Notes: a model not told the origin generated them from the sequence alone. Counted from the stretch's first letter, positions 27,778 to 39,990 are shown. The stretch is 41,799 bases of DNA from Candidatus Bathyarchaeota archaeon (GCA_963770935.1 CAVYRJ010000015.1:1-41799); one strand, 5' to 3'. Made by a program: numbers and translations.

Positions 27778-29400
27778 TTGGAAATAGTATTGGGCAAAAA
27801 GATTGTTCTAACAGCATCGGCAACCGAAATGAGTGACTTTCTAAATAATCCTTTCATCGCATTCGCGGGTGGGTTTGGCAAAGGACCCATTCCACTTTCA
27901 TATGTTCGAAAAACGCTTTACCCACATTGCGGCACAAAAAATGATGGACAAGCTGCATTTGCACCTTATGGACTTCGAAAAGTGGAATCCATACTTTTGG
28001 AAGGCGGCTTTACAGCAGAGGATATTGCAGTTGCCCATCCTCACGAACTTGAAAACTTCATTGGTCCAGAAACCAAAGTCGTTGGAATATCATCAATGGA
28101 CCCAACAGGCATGGGATACGTCAGCAAAACATACTCGTCAATTGTAGGCGGCGGCGAACCCATGAACCGAATAGAATTCCGAAAACTTGTCACCCACCCT
28201 GCAATTAAGAAATACAAGCCGAAAATCATAGTTGGCGGTTTTGGATCATGGCAGCTTGAACGTCAACACGTCTCAAAAAGTTACGGCGTTGACTGTGTTG
28301 TTATGGGTGGCAGACCCGGGCCTATTGTTGAGCTTTTTAAGAAAGCAGTCAATGGTGAGGCGCTTCCACGTTTAGCAAAAGCGGATGAATCATTAGATAA
28401 TTGGAACTACAATGAGGAGATGCCCCTTAGTAAACATGTGGCTATTCATGGCGCGGTAGAAATCTCGAAAGGTTGCGGTCGAAACTGTCAATTCTGCACA
28501 CCTACAATGCAGCATAAAATTGATGTACCGCTTGAAAAAATCATGAAGGAAGTAGCTTTAAGCACTGCTCAGGGTAGTGACCATATAACACTAATAACTG
28601 AAGATTTATTTCTCTACGGAGCAAAAGCCCCCCAATTTGTACCTAATCGGGAAGCAGTAGTGAAGCTATGTAAGAGTGTTGCAGACCATCCGGGCGTCAA
28701 GAGCATTCAGGCTGCACATATGTCTCTTGCTCCTGTTTGGCATGATCCTAAGATGATTAAGGAACTGGCTGAAATCTTAATTGAGAAAAGCTGGTATTCC
28801 TTTGGTAAACAACCAATTATTACGGCTGAAACTGGCATCGAAACTGGTAGTCCGCGTCTCATGAAGAAGTATATGGGTGGCAAAATGTTGCCGTTTAAGC
28901 CTGAACAGTGGCAAGACGTAGTCACCAATGCCTTTGGTATTCTAAATGATAACGACTGGTATCCATTGGCAACATTAATAATAGGGTTACCTGAAGAAAA
29001 AGAAGAAGACATGTTGCAGACGTTAGAGTTGATGGATAAACTCAAGGACTACAATGCATTCTACGTTCCGCTTTTCTTTGTGCCGCTTGAAAACTGCGTT
29101 CTGATGAATAAGAAAGGCGCGGAAATGGATTCGCTTTCTAAAGCACGTTGGGACTTCTTCATTAAATGCTGGGAATACAACATAAAAATCTGGAAGCCAA
29201 CCTTCCTGGAAAACCGCTTAACCAACCCGGTACTTTACAAGACATTTGACCAAGTCCTTATCCCATACTTCGGTAAAATCCTAGGCGCATATTATGGTTT
29301 AACACGCGGCGAAAAGAGTGAACAGTTAAAGCAGGCAGTTTGGACACTCAGCATGCCTATATCTGAATCAACACAGCATAAAATGAAAAACAAGGCTTAA
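27778..29400 (+). CDS. Radical SAM protein with N-terminal B12-binding-like domain
   Basis: EISKGCGRNCQFC (CxxxCxxC), APYGLRKVE, VGISSMDP, IIVGG.G, GIETGS.RL and IIGLPEE. Confidence 0.9.
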   Translation: MEIVLGKKIVLTASATEMSDFLNNPFIAFAGGFGKGPIPLSYVRKTLYPHCGTKNDGQAAFAPYGLRKVESILLEGGFTAEDIAVAHPHELENFIGPETKVVGISSMDPTGMGYVSKTYSSIVGGGEPMNRIEFRKLVTHPAIKKYKPKIIVGGFGSWQLERQHVSKSYGVDCVVMGGRPGPIVELFKKAVNGEALPRLAKADESLDNWNYNEEMPLSKHVAIHGAVEISKGCGRNCQFCTPTMQHKIDVPLEKIMKEVALSTAQGSDHITLITEDLFLYGAKAPQFVPNREAVVKLCKSVADHPGVKSIQAAHMSLAPVWHDPKMIKELAEILIEKSWYSFGKQPIITAETGIETGSPRLMKKYMGGKMLPFKPEQWQDVVTNAFGILNDNDWYPLATLIIGLPEEKEEDMLQTLELMDKLKDYNAFYVPLFFVPLENCVLMNKKGAEMDSLSKARWDFFIKCWEYNIKIWKPTFLENRLTNPVLYKTFDQVLIPYFGKILGAYYGLTRGEKSEQLKQAVWTLSMPISESTQHKMKNKA

Positions 29401-30291
29401 GCAGTTTGTTCTTCAGCTATCTTTTCAATATTTTCTTGTTCTAATGGTTCTTCTACTGTTACCTCAGGCATTGCCTCTTGTGAAAGCGACTGCGAAGGTT
29501 CTTGGGTTGGCGGCTTTATAATTTTTCTTGCATGCGTAATGTAGCCCGTGTGACCAGTCATCATCGTATTGGGACGAGTTTTTCCACGTTCTACCTGCAT
29601 TGTCCGCATTAAGCATTCAACAGTTTCTATGAAAACGAAGCCATTTTCACGAAGCGCTTCTGTTGTGCGAACGACCTGGTCGATTGTTGGGCTAAACGAG
29701 ACTATTATGCCTGAAGGTTTCAAGGCAGTGTACGCGTGTGGTACAACAAGCCATGGAACGGCAAGATCCAAAATAACTGCATCAATGTCACGTTCATCAT
29801 ATCCGGTAACTGTAACGTCCCCGCTTTTCATTTCCACATGTTCGATCATCTTGGATCGTTGAAGGTTTTTTGCGGCGTTTTTCTGGAATTCGCTTCGAAG
29901 CTCGTATGTGTATACTTTTCCTGTTGACCCAACGTAATGTGCTAACGCTGTAGTCAGAGATCCGGTGCCTGTGCCTGATTCCACTACACGACTTCCTGGT
30001 CCAATGCCACTGAACATGACGATTAATGCGGCGTCTTTGGGGTATATGATCTGTGTGTTACGACTGGACTTCATTATGTAGTCGGTTAAGGACGGCTTTA
30101 GAGGTGGTGAAGTAGATGCCCATGCTGCTTTTGATTGGTTCACCGTATTCTTTGCCGATGACTTCGTCAAGTTTTATGTAGCCTTTGTGGGTATGAAAGG
30201 TTTGTCCTGCCTGCATCTTTATCATATAAGTTCGACGTGCATCCAAATAGATTAGGACGTAATCGCTATCGCAAATTTTTTCGTTAGCCAA
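29397..30291 (-). CDS. trmI: tRNA (adenine-N1)-methyltransferase, frameshift near 30105
   Basis: FHTHKG in the N-terminal part, then TQIIYPKD, VVESGTGTGSLT, LDLAVPW, FSPTIDQV and GHTGYI. Confidence 0.93.
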
Positions 30292-30516
30292 CTGACTTTT
30301 CCTCTTTTGGAAGTGAAACGGGGTTGTATCATTTAAGCTTTGAACTCAATGCTTAGAAAAATAAGTAGCACAATTCGTAAGATAATATATTTGGTAATCA
30401 TCAACAAACCCACAGACGAAAAAGTTATTTCAATTTTCCCACATTATATATACTTGGATAGCTTAATGTTGGTAAACCAGACTCCGTGAACATGATTCGC
30501 AAACGGAAAAAAGAAC

Positions 30517-31546
30517 ATGGAAATTAAGCTGGGAAAAAGTGCTATAATATTAATTGTCATCATCGTTGCAGTTTCATTAATTTTAAGTTCCTTCTTTTAC
30601 CTAAATGGGACGAAACCCTACGATGGCCCAATGGAATCGATTACTGTAGCATATTCCCCTTTTGAATCCGTTACATTATTTTGGGTCGCTGAAAACCAGA
30701 ACTTTTTCAGACAGAACGGGCTCAACGTGACTTCACGTAGGTATGCTACTGGAGCAGGTGCATTAGATGGAGTTATAAATGGTGAAGCAGACATTGTGGT
30801 GGGGACAACATGAGTTCCCATTAACCGCGAGGGCACTTAATTAAGTGAGAGAATTCAGCACAATTGGAAGCATATCAAAGAGTGAGTTTACGTATCTTGT
30901 CGGCAGGGTGGACCGGGGAATTGACGAGGTTTCAGATCTGAAGGGAAAAACAGTTGGAACTACCTTTGGAACTATAGCTCATTTCTACTTGGGCAGGTTC
31001 CTTGATTAAATGGTATGGAAATTCAGGATATGACCCTCGTTGACCTAAAGACGCCGCAGAATGGGTTGATGCAGTCGTAAATGGCTCAATTGATGCAGTT
31101 GCTACTGCCCAACCGTATGTCGAATATGGCAAAGAACGGTTTGGGTAACAATGCTGTTAGTTTGGTCAATACAGAGTGACCAACGCTCTATACGCTCAGG
31201 CAATTTCCACCGAGGATTGGATAGCTGGGCATCCCGAACTTTGCAGCAAGTTTCTAAAGTCTCTCTACCAGGCTGAAATGTTTGTCGTCAATCATCCTGC
31301 CGAAGCTAAAGCGATTGTAAAGAGCCAGATTGAACTTTAGCGACACTTATATGGAGACTGTATGGCATCAGAACCAGTTTTCTCTCTCGCTTGACCAGTC
31401 GCTTATTCTCGCCATGGAGGGTGAAGCAAGGTGGCTAATAAGCAACAACCTTACCAACGCAAACGGCTGTCCCAAATTTCATCAATTACATTTACTTAGA
31501 TGGGCTAAAAATGGTGAAGCCTGAATCGGTGAATATAATTCATTGA
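30517..31546 (+). CDS. NrtA/SsuA-type solute-binding protein, multiply frameshifted
   Basis: TM anchor, WVAENQNFF..NGLNVT, GEADI, DLKGK.VG, GSIDAV and FSLSLDQSLILAME.EARW fragments in successive frames. Confidence 0.8.
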
Positions 31547-31558
31547 GAGGACGAAAAA

Positions 31559-33883
31559 ATGAAAATAAAAACTCAATTTGTTATATGCATCCTCGTTTTC
31601 AGCTTAATATTGACTAGTTATTGCTACCTCAGTCGCAATCACGGAACAACAGGTGACTCAACTCAAGGTCCAGGAAGAAATTTCTAATAACATCGAACGC
31701 GGAGCAAGCAGCCTAAACAGTGTTTCCATCGATTACTTCCTATACCAAGAAGACCTACAGCTTTCTCGATGGCAATCCGTGCTTTCGTCTCTTTCAAGCG
31801 ATTTAGAGAACCTAAAACCCAGCAACTTGCAACAGCAGATACTTGAAGACAACGTTGCCGAGGATCTTCAAATTCTCAATGATCTTTTTGATGACGTAGT
31901 TTCCTACCTGCAAAGTGCTTCTCGAAATGTGAGTGTTAGAATTGACCCGCATTTCAGCTCAGATGGAGCAGCATGGCAGCTCAAAGCCAGGCACTTGCCT
32001 TTGATGCTTCCCAGCTATCACTTTTATTAGATAATCAAGCCCATCAATTGAATGATACAAACATCTTTGCTCATTATATCGCTTGTTTCACATTTGGCGC
32101 TTTCTTAGCAACAATTTATCTTATGTTTTTCCGTAGAACATTGAAATTCGGTATGCAGATCTTCAGAAACGGAATTGACACAATCGGCTCAGGAAACCTC
32201 GATTATGTCAATAAAAATCGAAGGACAAAAATGAAATAACAGAACTTTCGTACTGCTTTCAACCAAATGACAGCAAACCTAAAAGACAGTAACAGCTTCC
32301 AAAACAGATCTTGAACAAACGCAAGCTTCACTGCGTGCAAGCGAACAACGCTGGTCAACAACGCTTGGCAAGCATCGGGGACGCTGTTATCGCCACCGAT
32401 TTATCAGGAAAAATTACATTCATGAACAGTGTAGCCCAAGAACTGACAGGTTGGACAATGGATGATGCATCACTGAAACCTGTAAAGCAAATTTTCAATA
32501 TAGTTAATGAGCAGACCCGCCTGGAGGTTGAAGACCCAGTCAGCAAAGTTCTTGAGAGAGGTGTGATTGTTGGATTAGCTAATCATACTGTGTTGATTAA
32601 AAAGGATGGTTCTGAAATTGCCAATTGATGACAGCGGAGCACCAATAAAGACAACGATGGCAAAAACATCGGTGTTGTGCTAATATTCAGAGATATTAGC
32701 GAAAACAAAAAAGCTGAAGAGACAATCAGGAAAGCGAAGAACGTTTTTGCTAAAGCCTGCGCCATTATAGTTTGGACCATGACGGCACCATAAATTATTG
32801 GAGTGACGGTGAGGAAACTATACGTTGCGCAAACGACAGCGGTTGGACAACACTTCGAATGAGTTGTAGAAGACGTAATTGGTCAGTTCTCAGCCGAATA
32901 AAACTGATAGCACCAGAACAACTAACAAGGGTAAATGGTCTGACGAAATGATTCATACAACCGAGAAAATCGAAAAAGTGGCAGTGCGAATTAAATGCGG
33001 GCAAAATGGCTCACACGTGCTGGATTGCGGAATCAGAATCAATCAAGCTGTAACGGATCGGAACCGAATCATACTCATGCTGAAGACGCTTCATCGACAT
33101 AACAATACGCAATCAAATGAGAGAAACTTGCAAGATACAGCAAACAGCGGAGAAGTTGAAGAGCGAACAAAACAACTCAAAGATTCTGAGCGTTTAGCTG
33201 CTATTGGCGCCACTGCTGGCATGGTGGGACATGACATCCGCAACCCACTGCAGGCAATAACAGGCGACTTGTATTTGGCAAAGACCGAATTCGCGGCGAT
33301 TCCAGAGAGCGCAGAGAAACAAGAATGCATAGAAAGCCTATCAGGAAATCGAAAAGAACATCGACTACATCAACAAGATCGTGGCTGATCTCCAAGATTT
33401 CGCTAGACCATTAAAACCACACATAGAAGAAGCCGACCTAAAACAAATAATCTCCGAGCTTGTTAGCAAAGAACGAGTTACCTGAGAATATTAAGATAAG
33501 GGTTAAAGTTGACGCTGAAGTCAGAGAAAATGTTTCTCTGACTCAGCATACATAAACCGCATCATGTACAATTTAGTAACCAACGCGGTTCAAGCCATGC
33601 CAAAAGGGGGAAAACTAACAATACATGCCTACAAAGATAAGAAGACAAATGAAGCCGTCATAACTGTCACAGACACAGGAGTTGGTATTCCTGAATCGGT
33701 AAAAAACAAATTATTCACGCCCATGTTCACTACAAAATCGAAAGGTCAAGGTTTCGGCTTAGCAGTAATCAAGCGAATGGCTGAAGCATTAAACGGTAAC
33801 GTCATTTTTGAGAGCCAAGAGGGCAAGGGAACAAAATTCACGGTGCGGTTGCCACAAAACATCAAAAGAAAACGAGCTTTTAA
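31559..33883 (+). CDS. Membrane sensor histidine kinase (TM, HAMP, PAS, HisKA, HATPase), multiply frameshifted, end approximate
   Basis: IGSGNLDY (HAMP), LASIGDAVIATD..GKITFMN (PAS), GHDIRNPL (H box), NLVTNAVQAM, DTGVGI, FTTK..GQGFGL. Confidence 0.85.
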
Positions 33884-33926
33884 TGGCAACCTTGAAGACA
33901 ATTTCTCTTTTCTTTTAAAACTACTG

Positions 33927-34436
33927 CTAAACAATATATTTACCTGTTTTCTCAAAATCGCGAACAATCTCCATCACACGCTTCGGCGCATTGTATGGTC
34001 CAAGCGGAATATCTTTAAGCAAAACCCAAGGCGACCTGCAAGCAACCAACGTAGCAATGTGTTGTTCGCCGAAACTTTTCTTTGCTACTTCGACAACTTC
34101 TCGTCTAACGCCGGTTTCTGACAGCTCACCCAATGCATGAAGGTACTCATGGAGCAAGAGGTTGTAAACTAATGCGTTAACAGTGGCTTTATCGCTCATC
34201 GATGCCTCAACAATTTCTACAAGCGCGCGGTTCAATACGATGTTGTTGGTTCCAACTGGATAGTAAGCACCCAGCTGCAGGGGTAAATCATCCAAAAACA
34301 GCATCATGCTGTCCCTACGCTTTCCCAATGCGTATTCTGCGGTTTCCTTCACGATTTTCCAGACTTCAGCGTAGTTTTTAGCTTTATCAAGAGTGGAGCC
34401 GAATCGTTGATTGGATTTGGAATCTCTGTTGCTCAA
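33927..34436 (-). CDS. HEXXH zincin-like hypothetical protein
   Basis: GAYYPVGTNNIVLN...LLHEYLHALG...E. Confidence 0.78.
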   Translation of the reverse strand: MSNRDSKSNQRFGSTLDKAKNYAEVWKIVKETAEYALGKRRDSMMLFLDDLPLQLGAYYPVGTNNIVLNRALVEIVEASMSDKATVNALVYNLLLHEYLHALGELSETGVRREVVEVAKKSFGEQHIATLVACRSPWVLLKDIPLGPYNAPKRVMEIVRDFEKTGKYIV

Positions 34437-34562
34437 AAGTAGTTGCCCTAAAAATAAATAAAAAAAACACCCCTTTAAGCATTACACACTTGAAACAAAA
34501 AATAAACGTAAAATTGATAAATGAGACTTACGTTTTTGTCATACCATTAAGGTGAAAATTAA

Positions 34563-34985
34563 ATGGCAAGTAATGTCGTCGTAAAAGACATCATGCAAAA
34601 AGATGTTAAAGTCGTAAATAACAACACAGTGATGCAAGAAGTCGTTGCAATAATGAACAAATTTGACAAAGACGCAATTCTCGTTGTCCAAAGCGGGAAA
34701 CCCACTGGAATCATCACTGTTAAAGATGTTCTGATCCGAGCAGTTGAAGCTGGCATGCCGCTTAAAACCATCATTGCAAGAATGGTCTACACAAACCCAC
34801 TCGTAACCATTGACGAAAACGCAACTGTTGAAGAAGCAGCAAAACTCATGAAGCACTGGAACATAAAGCACTTACCAGTCGTCGACAAACAAGGCGCACT
34901 CGTAGGCTTACTAGATGATAGAGCAATAGTCTATGCAGTTCCAAAATTGATGTCGATAATGGAAGAATTCTGCCGCCGAAAATAA
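34563..34985 (+). CDS. CBS domain pair protein
   Basis: VKDIM, GIITVKDV, EAAKLM...IKHLPVVD..G.LVG. Confidence 0.92.
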   Translation: MASNVVVKDIMQKDVKVVNNNTVMQEVVAIMNKFDKDAILVVQSGKPTGIITVKDVLIRAVEAGMPLKTIIARMVYTNPLVTIDENATVEEAAKLMKHWNIKHLPVVDKQGALVGLLDDRAIVYAVPKLMSIMEEFCRRK

Positions 34986-35079
34986 TCCCTCCTATACTTT
35001 ATTTTTATTTACCACTATTTTTCCAAAATTTCAAAAAAACAGGGTATCCTACGAAGATTAACAAGAAAAGAAAGAAAAA

Positions 35080-35370
35080 TTAGGGCTTGGTTTCTTTTGC
35101 CCATGCTTCTTTTGCCAACTTGGCGATGGCTTCAGTGTTTGGCTGAGCATTCAAATCTGCTAAAACATTGTTGATTTCGTTTCTGACAAGCAATGCAATT
35201 TCGTTGACACGTAGCGGTTCAGGCCTTGTCGATTGGTAAACACGGAGAGCACGTAAAACAAATCGAATGATTACATTGTTGAGTTCGCCCTGTAATTCTG
35301 TCAGTTCATCCTTGCTTTCAGTCATCTTTTTACTATAAGAATCTGAATCTCTTTTTCCAGTAGGTTCCAT
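35080..35370 (-). CDS. Helical hypothetical protein
   Basis: 96-aa amphipathic ORF directly downstream of pyrG. Confidence 0.7.
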   Translation of the reverse strand: MEPTGKRDSDSYSKKMTESKDELTELQGELNNVIIRFVLRALRVYQSTRPEPLRVNEIALLVRNEINNVLADLNAQPNTEAIAKLAKEAWAKETKP

Positions 35371-35431
35371 TTTAATCGTTCCTTTAGGTTTTCATGTAAA
35401 TTGCGCATTATAGCCTTTTCTGAAATTGACT

Positions 35432-37060
35432 CTAAGAAATAGGGTTTTTCGGTTTTCCAAGTTTTTTGTTTACGCAAGCTTGGATAAACCCAAAGTACTC
35501 AGGCGAAGGTCTTCCCGGTCGGCTTTTGAATTCGCCGTGGAACTGCGATGCAAAATAGAAGTATTTATCTGGCAACTCTAAAGTTTCCATTCTCCTTCCA
35601 TCGCTGCTTTTTCCAGTGAAGCATAACCCATTATTTTTTAGCGCATCAATATAGTCGAGGCTCACTTCGAAGCGGTGACGATGGCGCTCGTGTACGTCTT
35701 CCTGCCCAAACAAACAATAAGCTAACGTACCCTTCTGCAGAACTACCTTATGCGCTCCCAATCGCATTGTTGCCCCTTTGATTTCGATTCCGCGTTGCTC
35801 AGGCATAAGGTCAATTACTGGATAGGGAGTGTCAGGGTTGATTTCGGTGCTGTTTGCGTCTGTTAATCCGCAGACGTTTCGGGCAAATTCTATGACGGCA
35901 AGTTGGAAGCCATAGCAAATTCCTAAAAATGGAATGTCGTTCTCTCGGGCATACTTTGCAGCAGCAATCTTGCCTTCTGTTCCGCGTGGACCAAACCCGT
36001 ATGGAACAAAAACTCCGTCATAATTTGCCAAGTCTTTGACGCACTGCGGTTCTCGCTCAAATTTTTCTGCTTCTAAATATGAGATACACACTTTGGTTTT
36101 GCATGCCGCCCCGCCATGTCGGAGAGCTTCGGTCATGCTAACGTAACTGTCCGATAATCCGGCGTACTTTCCAACCAAAGCAATTTTTACCTCATGGTCT
36201 GGGTTGATCATACCGTCAACGAAGACTTGCCAGGCATTGAAGTCTTTACCTTCGCATTTGAGGCCTAGTCTTTGGCATATGAAGTCGCCCATGCCCTGTT
36301 TGTCAAGGATAAGTGGCACCTGATAGACTGTCTCAGCGTTATAGGAGCAGAACACAGCACTCTCAGGAATCGTTCCGAAAAGGGCGATTTTTCTCAGGGC
36401 TTCTGCATCAATCATCTGGGGGCTTCGGGCAACTATTGTGTCTGGTTGGATACCGATACGTCGTAGTTCGTTAACGCTATGCTGGAGCGGTTTAGTTTTC
36501 ATTTCGCCCGTCACATCTAAAATAGGCACCAATGCAACATGAACATAAAATGTATTCTCGTATCCTTCTTCCACCCGCATCTGGCGGATTGCTTCCAGAA
36601 ACGGCAAGCCCTCGATGTCGCCAACTGTACCGCCGACCTCTGTTAACACAATTTCAGCGTTTACCATTTTGGCGGCGTTTCGGATGCGGTTCTTTATTTC
36701 GTTAGTTACATGTGGAACAATTTGGACACAGCGTCCCAAGAAGTCGCCATGTCGTTCTTTTTCGATTACTGATTTGTAGATAGTTCCTGTGGTTAAGTTG
36801 TTTTCCTGTTTTAGGCTTAAATCCAGGAAGCGTTCGTACCATCCAAGATCCAAGTCAGTTTCTCCTCCGTCGTCGGTAACGAAGACTTCACCGTGCATGT
36901 ACGGATTCATCGTTCCCGCATCAATGTTAACGTAAGGGTCAATTTTTACAACTGTCGGCTTTAATCCCCTTGCTTGAAGCATTTTACCGATGGAGGAAGT
37001 TAAGATGCCTTTACCGACTGAACTTAGCACGCCACCTGTTACGAAAATGTACTTAACCAT
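35432..37060 (-). CDS. pyrG: CTP synthase
   Basis: KYIFVTGGVLSSVGKG, DPYVNIDAGTMNPYMHGEVFVTDDGGETDLD, GICYG, ERHRHRFE and QFHGE. Confidence 0.99.
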   Translation of the reverse strand: MVKYIFVTGGVLSSVGKGILTSSIGKMLQARGLKPTVVKIDPYVNIDAGTMNPYMHGEVFVTDDGGETDLDLGWYERFLDLSLKQENNLTTGTIYKSVIEKERHGDFLGRCVQIVPHVTNEIKNRIRNAAKMVNAEIVLTEVGGTVGDIEGLPFLEAIRQMRVEEGYENTFYVHVALVPILDVTGEMKTKPLQHSVNELRRIGIQPDTIVARSPQMIDAEALRKIALFGTIPESAVFCSYNAETVYQVPLILDKQGMGDFICQRLGLKCEGKDFNAWQVFVDGMINPDHEVKIALVGKYAGLSDSYVSMTEALRHGGAACKTKVCISYLEAEKFEREPQCVKDLANYDGVFVPYGFGPRGTEGKIAAAKYARENDIPFLGICYGFQLAVIEFARNVCGLTDANSTEINPDTPYPVIDLMPEQRGIEIKGATMRLGAHKVVLQKGTLAYCLFGQEDVHERHRHRFEVSLDYIDALKNNGLCFTGKSSDGRRMETLELPDKYFYFASQFHGEFKSRPGRPSPEYFGFIQACVNKKLGKPKNPIS

Positions 37061-37470
37061 GCTTTTCCCCGCAATAACTTACTCCTTTCATGCCGATTTA
37101 ATATAACTCTTTTGTGTGCAGAGCTGTAAAAACGTGCAATCAGCCATGTTATATTCTTAATAAATGAGCAAGATATGTGGGTTATGCCTTCTTTTAACTG
37201 TGTTTTCATCTTTAGCCCCAAGTATGTAGCCATAACCGATTGAACCTGCATCTGCATGATTAACCAGAATTCTGGAAAAATATACGTACCACAAATAGAA
37301 CATATCGTAGCGCAGTATTTTGTGCAATAAAATAAACTCCATGTCTCCTCAAATATCTTTCAAAGAAGCATTAAGCTCACATGATTTTTAATCTCAACAG
37401 CAATACACATGTTCGAATACATAAAATATTAATTACAAGTCTTGCACTAAGTATTACTTGGAGACTAACA

Positions 37471-37704
37471 ATGCCACAAGCCTTTGTATTGATAAATGTT
37501 GAATCAGGAGCAGAGGAAGATTTAGTTAAGGAACTTAAGAAGATTGAGGGCGTGGAGGAAGCATACTTTTCGTATGGTGTTTACGACATTATTGCTAAGG
37601 TTAAAGCTGACTCAATGGAGAAACTCAAAGACATGGTGACACGCAAAATAAGAATACTCACTAAAGTACGCTCAACCTTAACCCTGATAATGATGGAAGA
37701 GTAA
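37471..37704 (+). CDS. Stand-alone Lrp/AsnC ligand-binding (RAM) domain protein
   Basis: MPQAFVLINVE.G.E...GV.EA...YGVYDIIAKV...VRSTLTLI. No HTH domain. Confidence 0.92.
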   Translation: MPQAFVLINVESGAEEDLVKELKKIEGVEEAYFSYGVYDIIAKVKADSMEKLKDMVTRKIRILTKVRSTLTLIMMEE

Positions 37705-37805
37705 CCTCTTCGCTATGAAATATCTGCTGTATTTTCTTTTTTTGTTTAATTAAGCGCCAGTTTTATTAGAATTAACTTTTATTATACCAAAATAGGGTCA
37801 AAACC

Positions 37806-38456
37806 ATGTTCAGAAAGCTTGTCAGCGTATTAATCGTGCTTGTTTTAGTTTTAGGGTTAGCATCAGCGGTACATGGTGATTTGTCAGTTGGAGTAAAAAA
37901 AGGCGATTGGATAGAGTACGCGATAACTACCAATGGCACTCCCTCCGAAGGACACGACATTGACTGGTCTCGAATGGAAGTGACAGACATTCATGGCACC
38001 AACATAATCGTTTACATTACGTCAACATTCATAAACGGCTCGACAGAGAATTTTAACTCAACCCTTAACCTAAAAACAGGCCATTTAATCGACGACTTTA
38101 TCATACCAGCCAACCTAAAGTCAGGCGACACATTCCTAGACGAAAAAGTGGGAATCGTCACCATCACCAGTTCTGACAAGCACTCTTATGCAGGAGCAAT
38201 GAGAACGGTTCTGTCGGCGTATATAAGCCAGGACACTCACATTGTTTGGGACCAAGCAACAGGAGTTAGCGTTGAAGCAATATCTCAACTGCCAGATTAT
38301 TCAATGCATACAATTATTGAGGATACCAATATGTGGCAGACAACACAGGAACTGGACATGACGAGTTTGTTTTTAATTTATGTTGCCGTGATTATTGCCA
38401 TAATTGCGATAGTGCTAATGGCCTTGAGATATAGAAAGAAGAAACTGACTCAGTAA
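37806..38456 (+). CDS. Secreted protein with C-terminal membrane anchor
   Basis: Signal peptide, VGVKKGDWIEY, WDQATGV, C-terminal TM followed by RKKK. Confidence 0.8.
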   Translation: MFRKLVSVLIVLVLVLGLASAVHGDLSVGVKKGDWIEYAITTNGTPSEGHDIDWSRMEVTDIHGTNIIVYITSTFINGSTENFNSTLNLKTGHLIDDFIIPANLKSGDTFLDEKVGIVTITSSDKHSYAGAMRTVLSAYISQDTHIVWDQATGVSVEAISQLPDYSMHTIIEDTNMWQTTQELDMTSLFLIYVAVIIAIIAIVLMALRYRKKKLTQ

Positions 38457-38526
38457 AAGACGAATGCCTTTTTGATGAACGCTTAATAGTTTAGCCGCCG
38501 AAGTCTAACCAAGGCTTGAAACCCGG

Positions 38527-39601
38527 ATGAATCTTGCGATAAAACCCTTCCGCCCTAACCCTGTTCTTATAGTGTTAATTTTGGGATTAGTAGCCTTCTT
38601 TTTCTACGTTTACTTTTTTATCGATCCAGCACAAGTAATTAGCATACTTTCAAAAACTAACCTGGCTATCTATGCAGGCGCGTTTGTTGCTTACTCATTT
38701 TTTGTTATTTTGTCTTCATTAGTCTGGCAACAACTTCTAAGCAGGTTATCCATAAAAATAAGCAAACGCAAAAGTCTGCTCTTCACGTGGGTCAGGGTTG
38801 TTTTTTGATGCAACCGTTCCACAATTGGGTTGGTCAGGGGAAGTATCAAAAACATACTTGCTAGCAAAAGACTCAAAAGCTGATCCGGGAAAAATCGGAG
38901 CATCAGTTGTTGGACAGAAAATTTTTACAATGACAATGACTATTTTCACATTAAGTATTGGTTTGGGTTTAGTGCTTGTTAACTATTCCTTGCCTCTTGC
39001 AACAACCTTATTGTTCGCAATTGTTCTGACCCTCTCAATTATCGCCTTAGCCATCGTTTACTTTGTTAGCATTAAGCCGACAGCAACCCATACCTTGCTC
39101 AACTGGGCAATAAAAATCGCGGTATTCATACGAAAAAGTTGGAGCCCAAAGAATTTCCAGCTTAAAGCCGAAGAGTTGCTCGACAAATTCCACGTGGGAA
39201 TCAAGCAACTAACCGAGCATCCTAAGACGTTGGTCAAACCAGCTGTTTTCGCAGTTTTAAGTTTTATTTCTGAAATCTCGGTAATTTTCCTAACTTTTTT
39301 AGCTTTAGGCTACCCTGTTCCAGTTGATAAAGTGCTAATAGTCTTTACTTTAACTGGAACACTGCAAACTGTTGGTTTAACTTTTTTTGGGTTTCCAGAA
39401 TTAATTATGACCGTTTCGTTTAGCGCACTTTTAATCCCCGGGGAACTTGCAGTCTCCGTGACTTTGTTAACAAGGGTTGTAAACCTGTGGTTCCGACTTA
39501 TCGTGTCCTATTTAGCTCTGCAATGGGCAGGAATAAAAATCATCAGACAAAAACAAGCAAAGCTACAAGGAAACATTTTAATGCAAACTATACCTAAGTA
39601 A
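38527..39601 (+). CDS. Lysylphosphatidylglycerol synthase TM domain (UPF0104/AglD2-like) protein, frameshift near 38800
   Basis: W..LL, FFD..VP....GE..K.Y and L.R..N.W motifs with multiple TM segments. Confidence 0.82.
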
Positions 39602-39617
39602 TTATTTGAGGATTATT

Positions 39618-39854
39618 ATGCCTACAGCGTTTGTATTAATAAATACTGAAATAGGCTCTGAATCGGACGTCCTAAAAGAGCTAAAAAAAGTTGAGGGTGT
39701 AGAAGAGGCCTCAGCCGTTTACGGAGTCTACGACATAGTGGCAAGAGTCAAAGCAGATACCATGGATAAACTTAAAGAAATTGTGACATGGCGAATCAGA
39801 CGGCTAGATAAAGTGCGTTCAACACTGACGATGATCGTCGTAGAAGACAGATAA
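39618..39854 (+). CDS. Stand-alone Lrp/AsnC ligand-binding (RAM) domain protein
   Basis: MPTAFVLINTEIGSE...VYGVYDIVARV...VRSTLTMIV. Confidence 0.92.
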   Translation: MPTAFVLINTEIGSESDVLKELKKVEGVEEASAVYGVYDIVARVKADTMDKLKEIVTWRIRRLDKVRSTLTMIVVEDR

Positions 39855-39990
39855 ACAACAAATTCCCTTTCTTTTAAAAAACTAATTTTACGTTTAGTCA
39901 ACATTACAGGTGTGGTTGGTTAGATACAATCACATAGTCTTAAATCATTTCCGATGGAAGTATCATTCTGTGCGTCAAGGTAGTGACAAA

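Noticed and set aside
33884-34121. C-terminal extension of the kinase ORF 33564-34121
   Set aside because: It runs antisense into the HEXXH gene after the HATPase domain ends, probably because an indel removed the stop.
37130-37342. Possible frameshifted small zinc-binding gene upstream of pyrG (CSICG...HISC fragments)
   Set aside because: It needs at least two assumed indels and cannot be supported.
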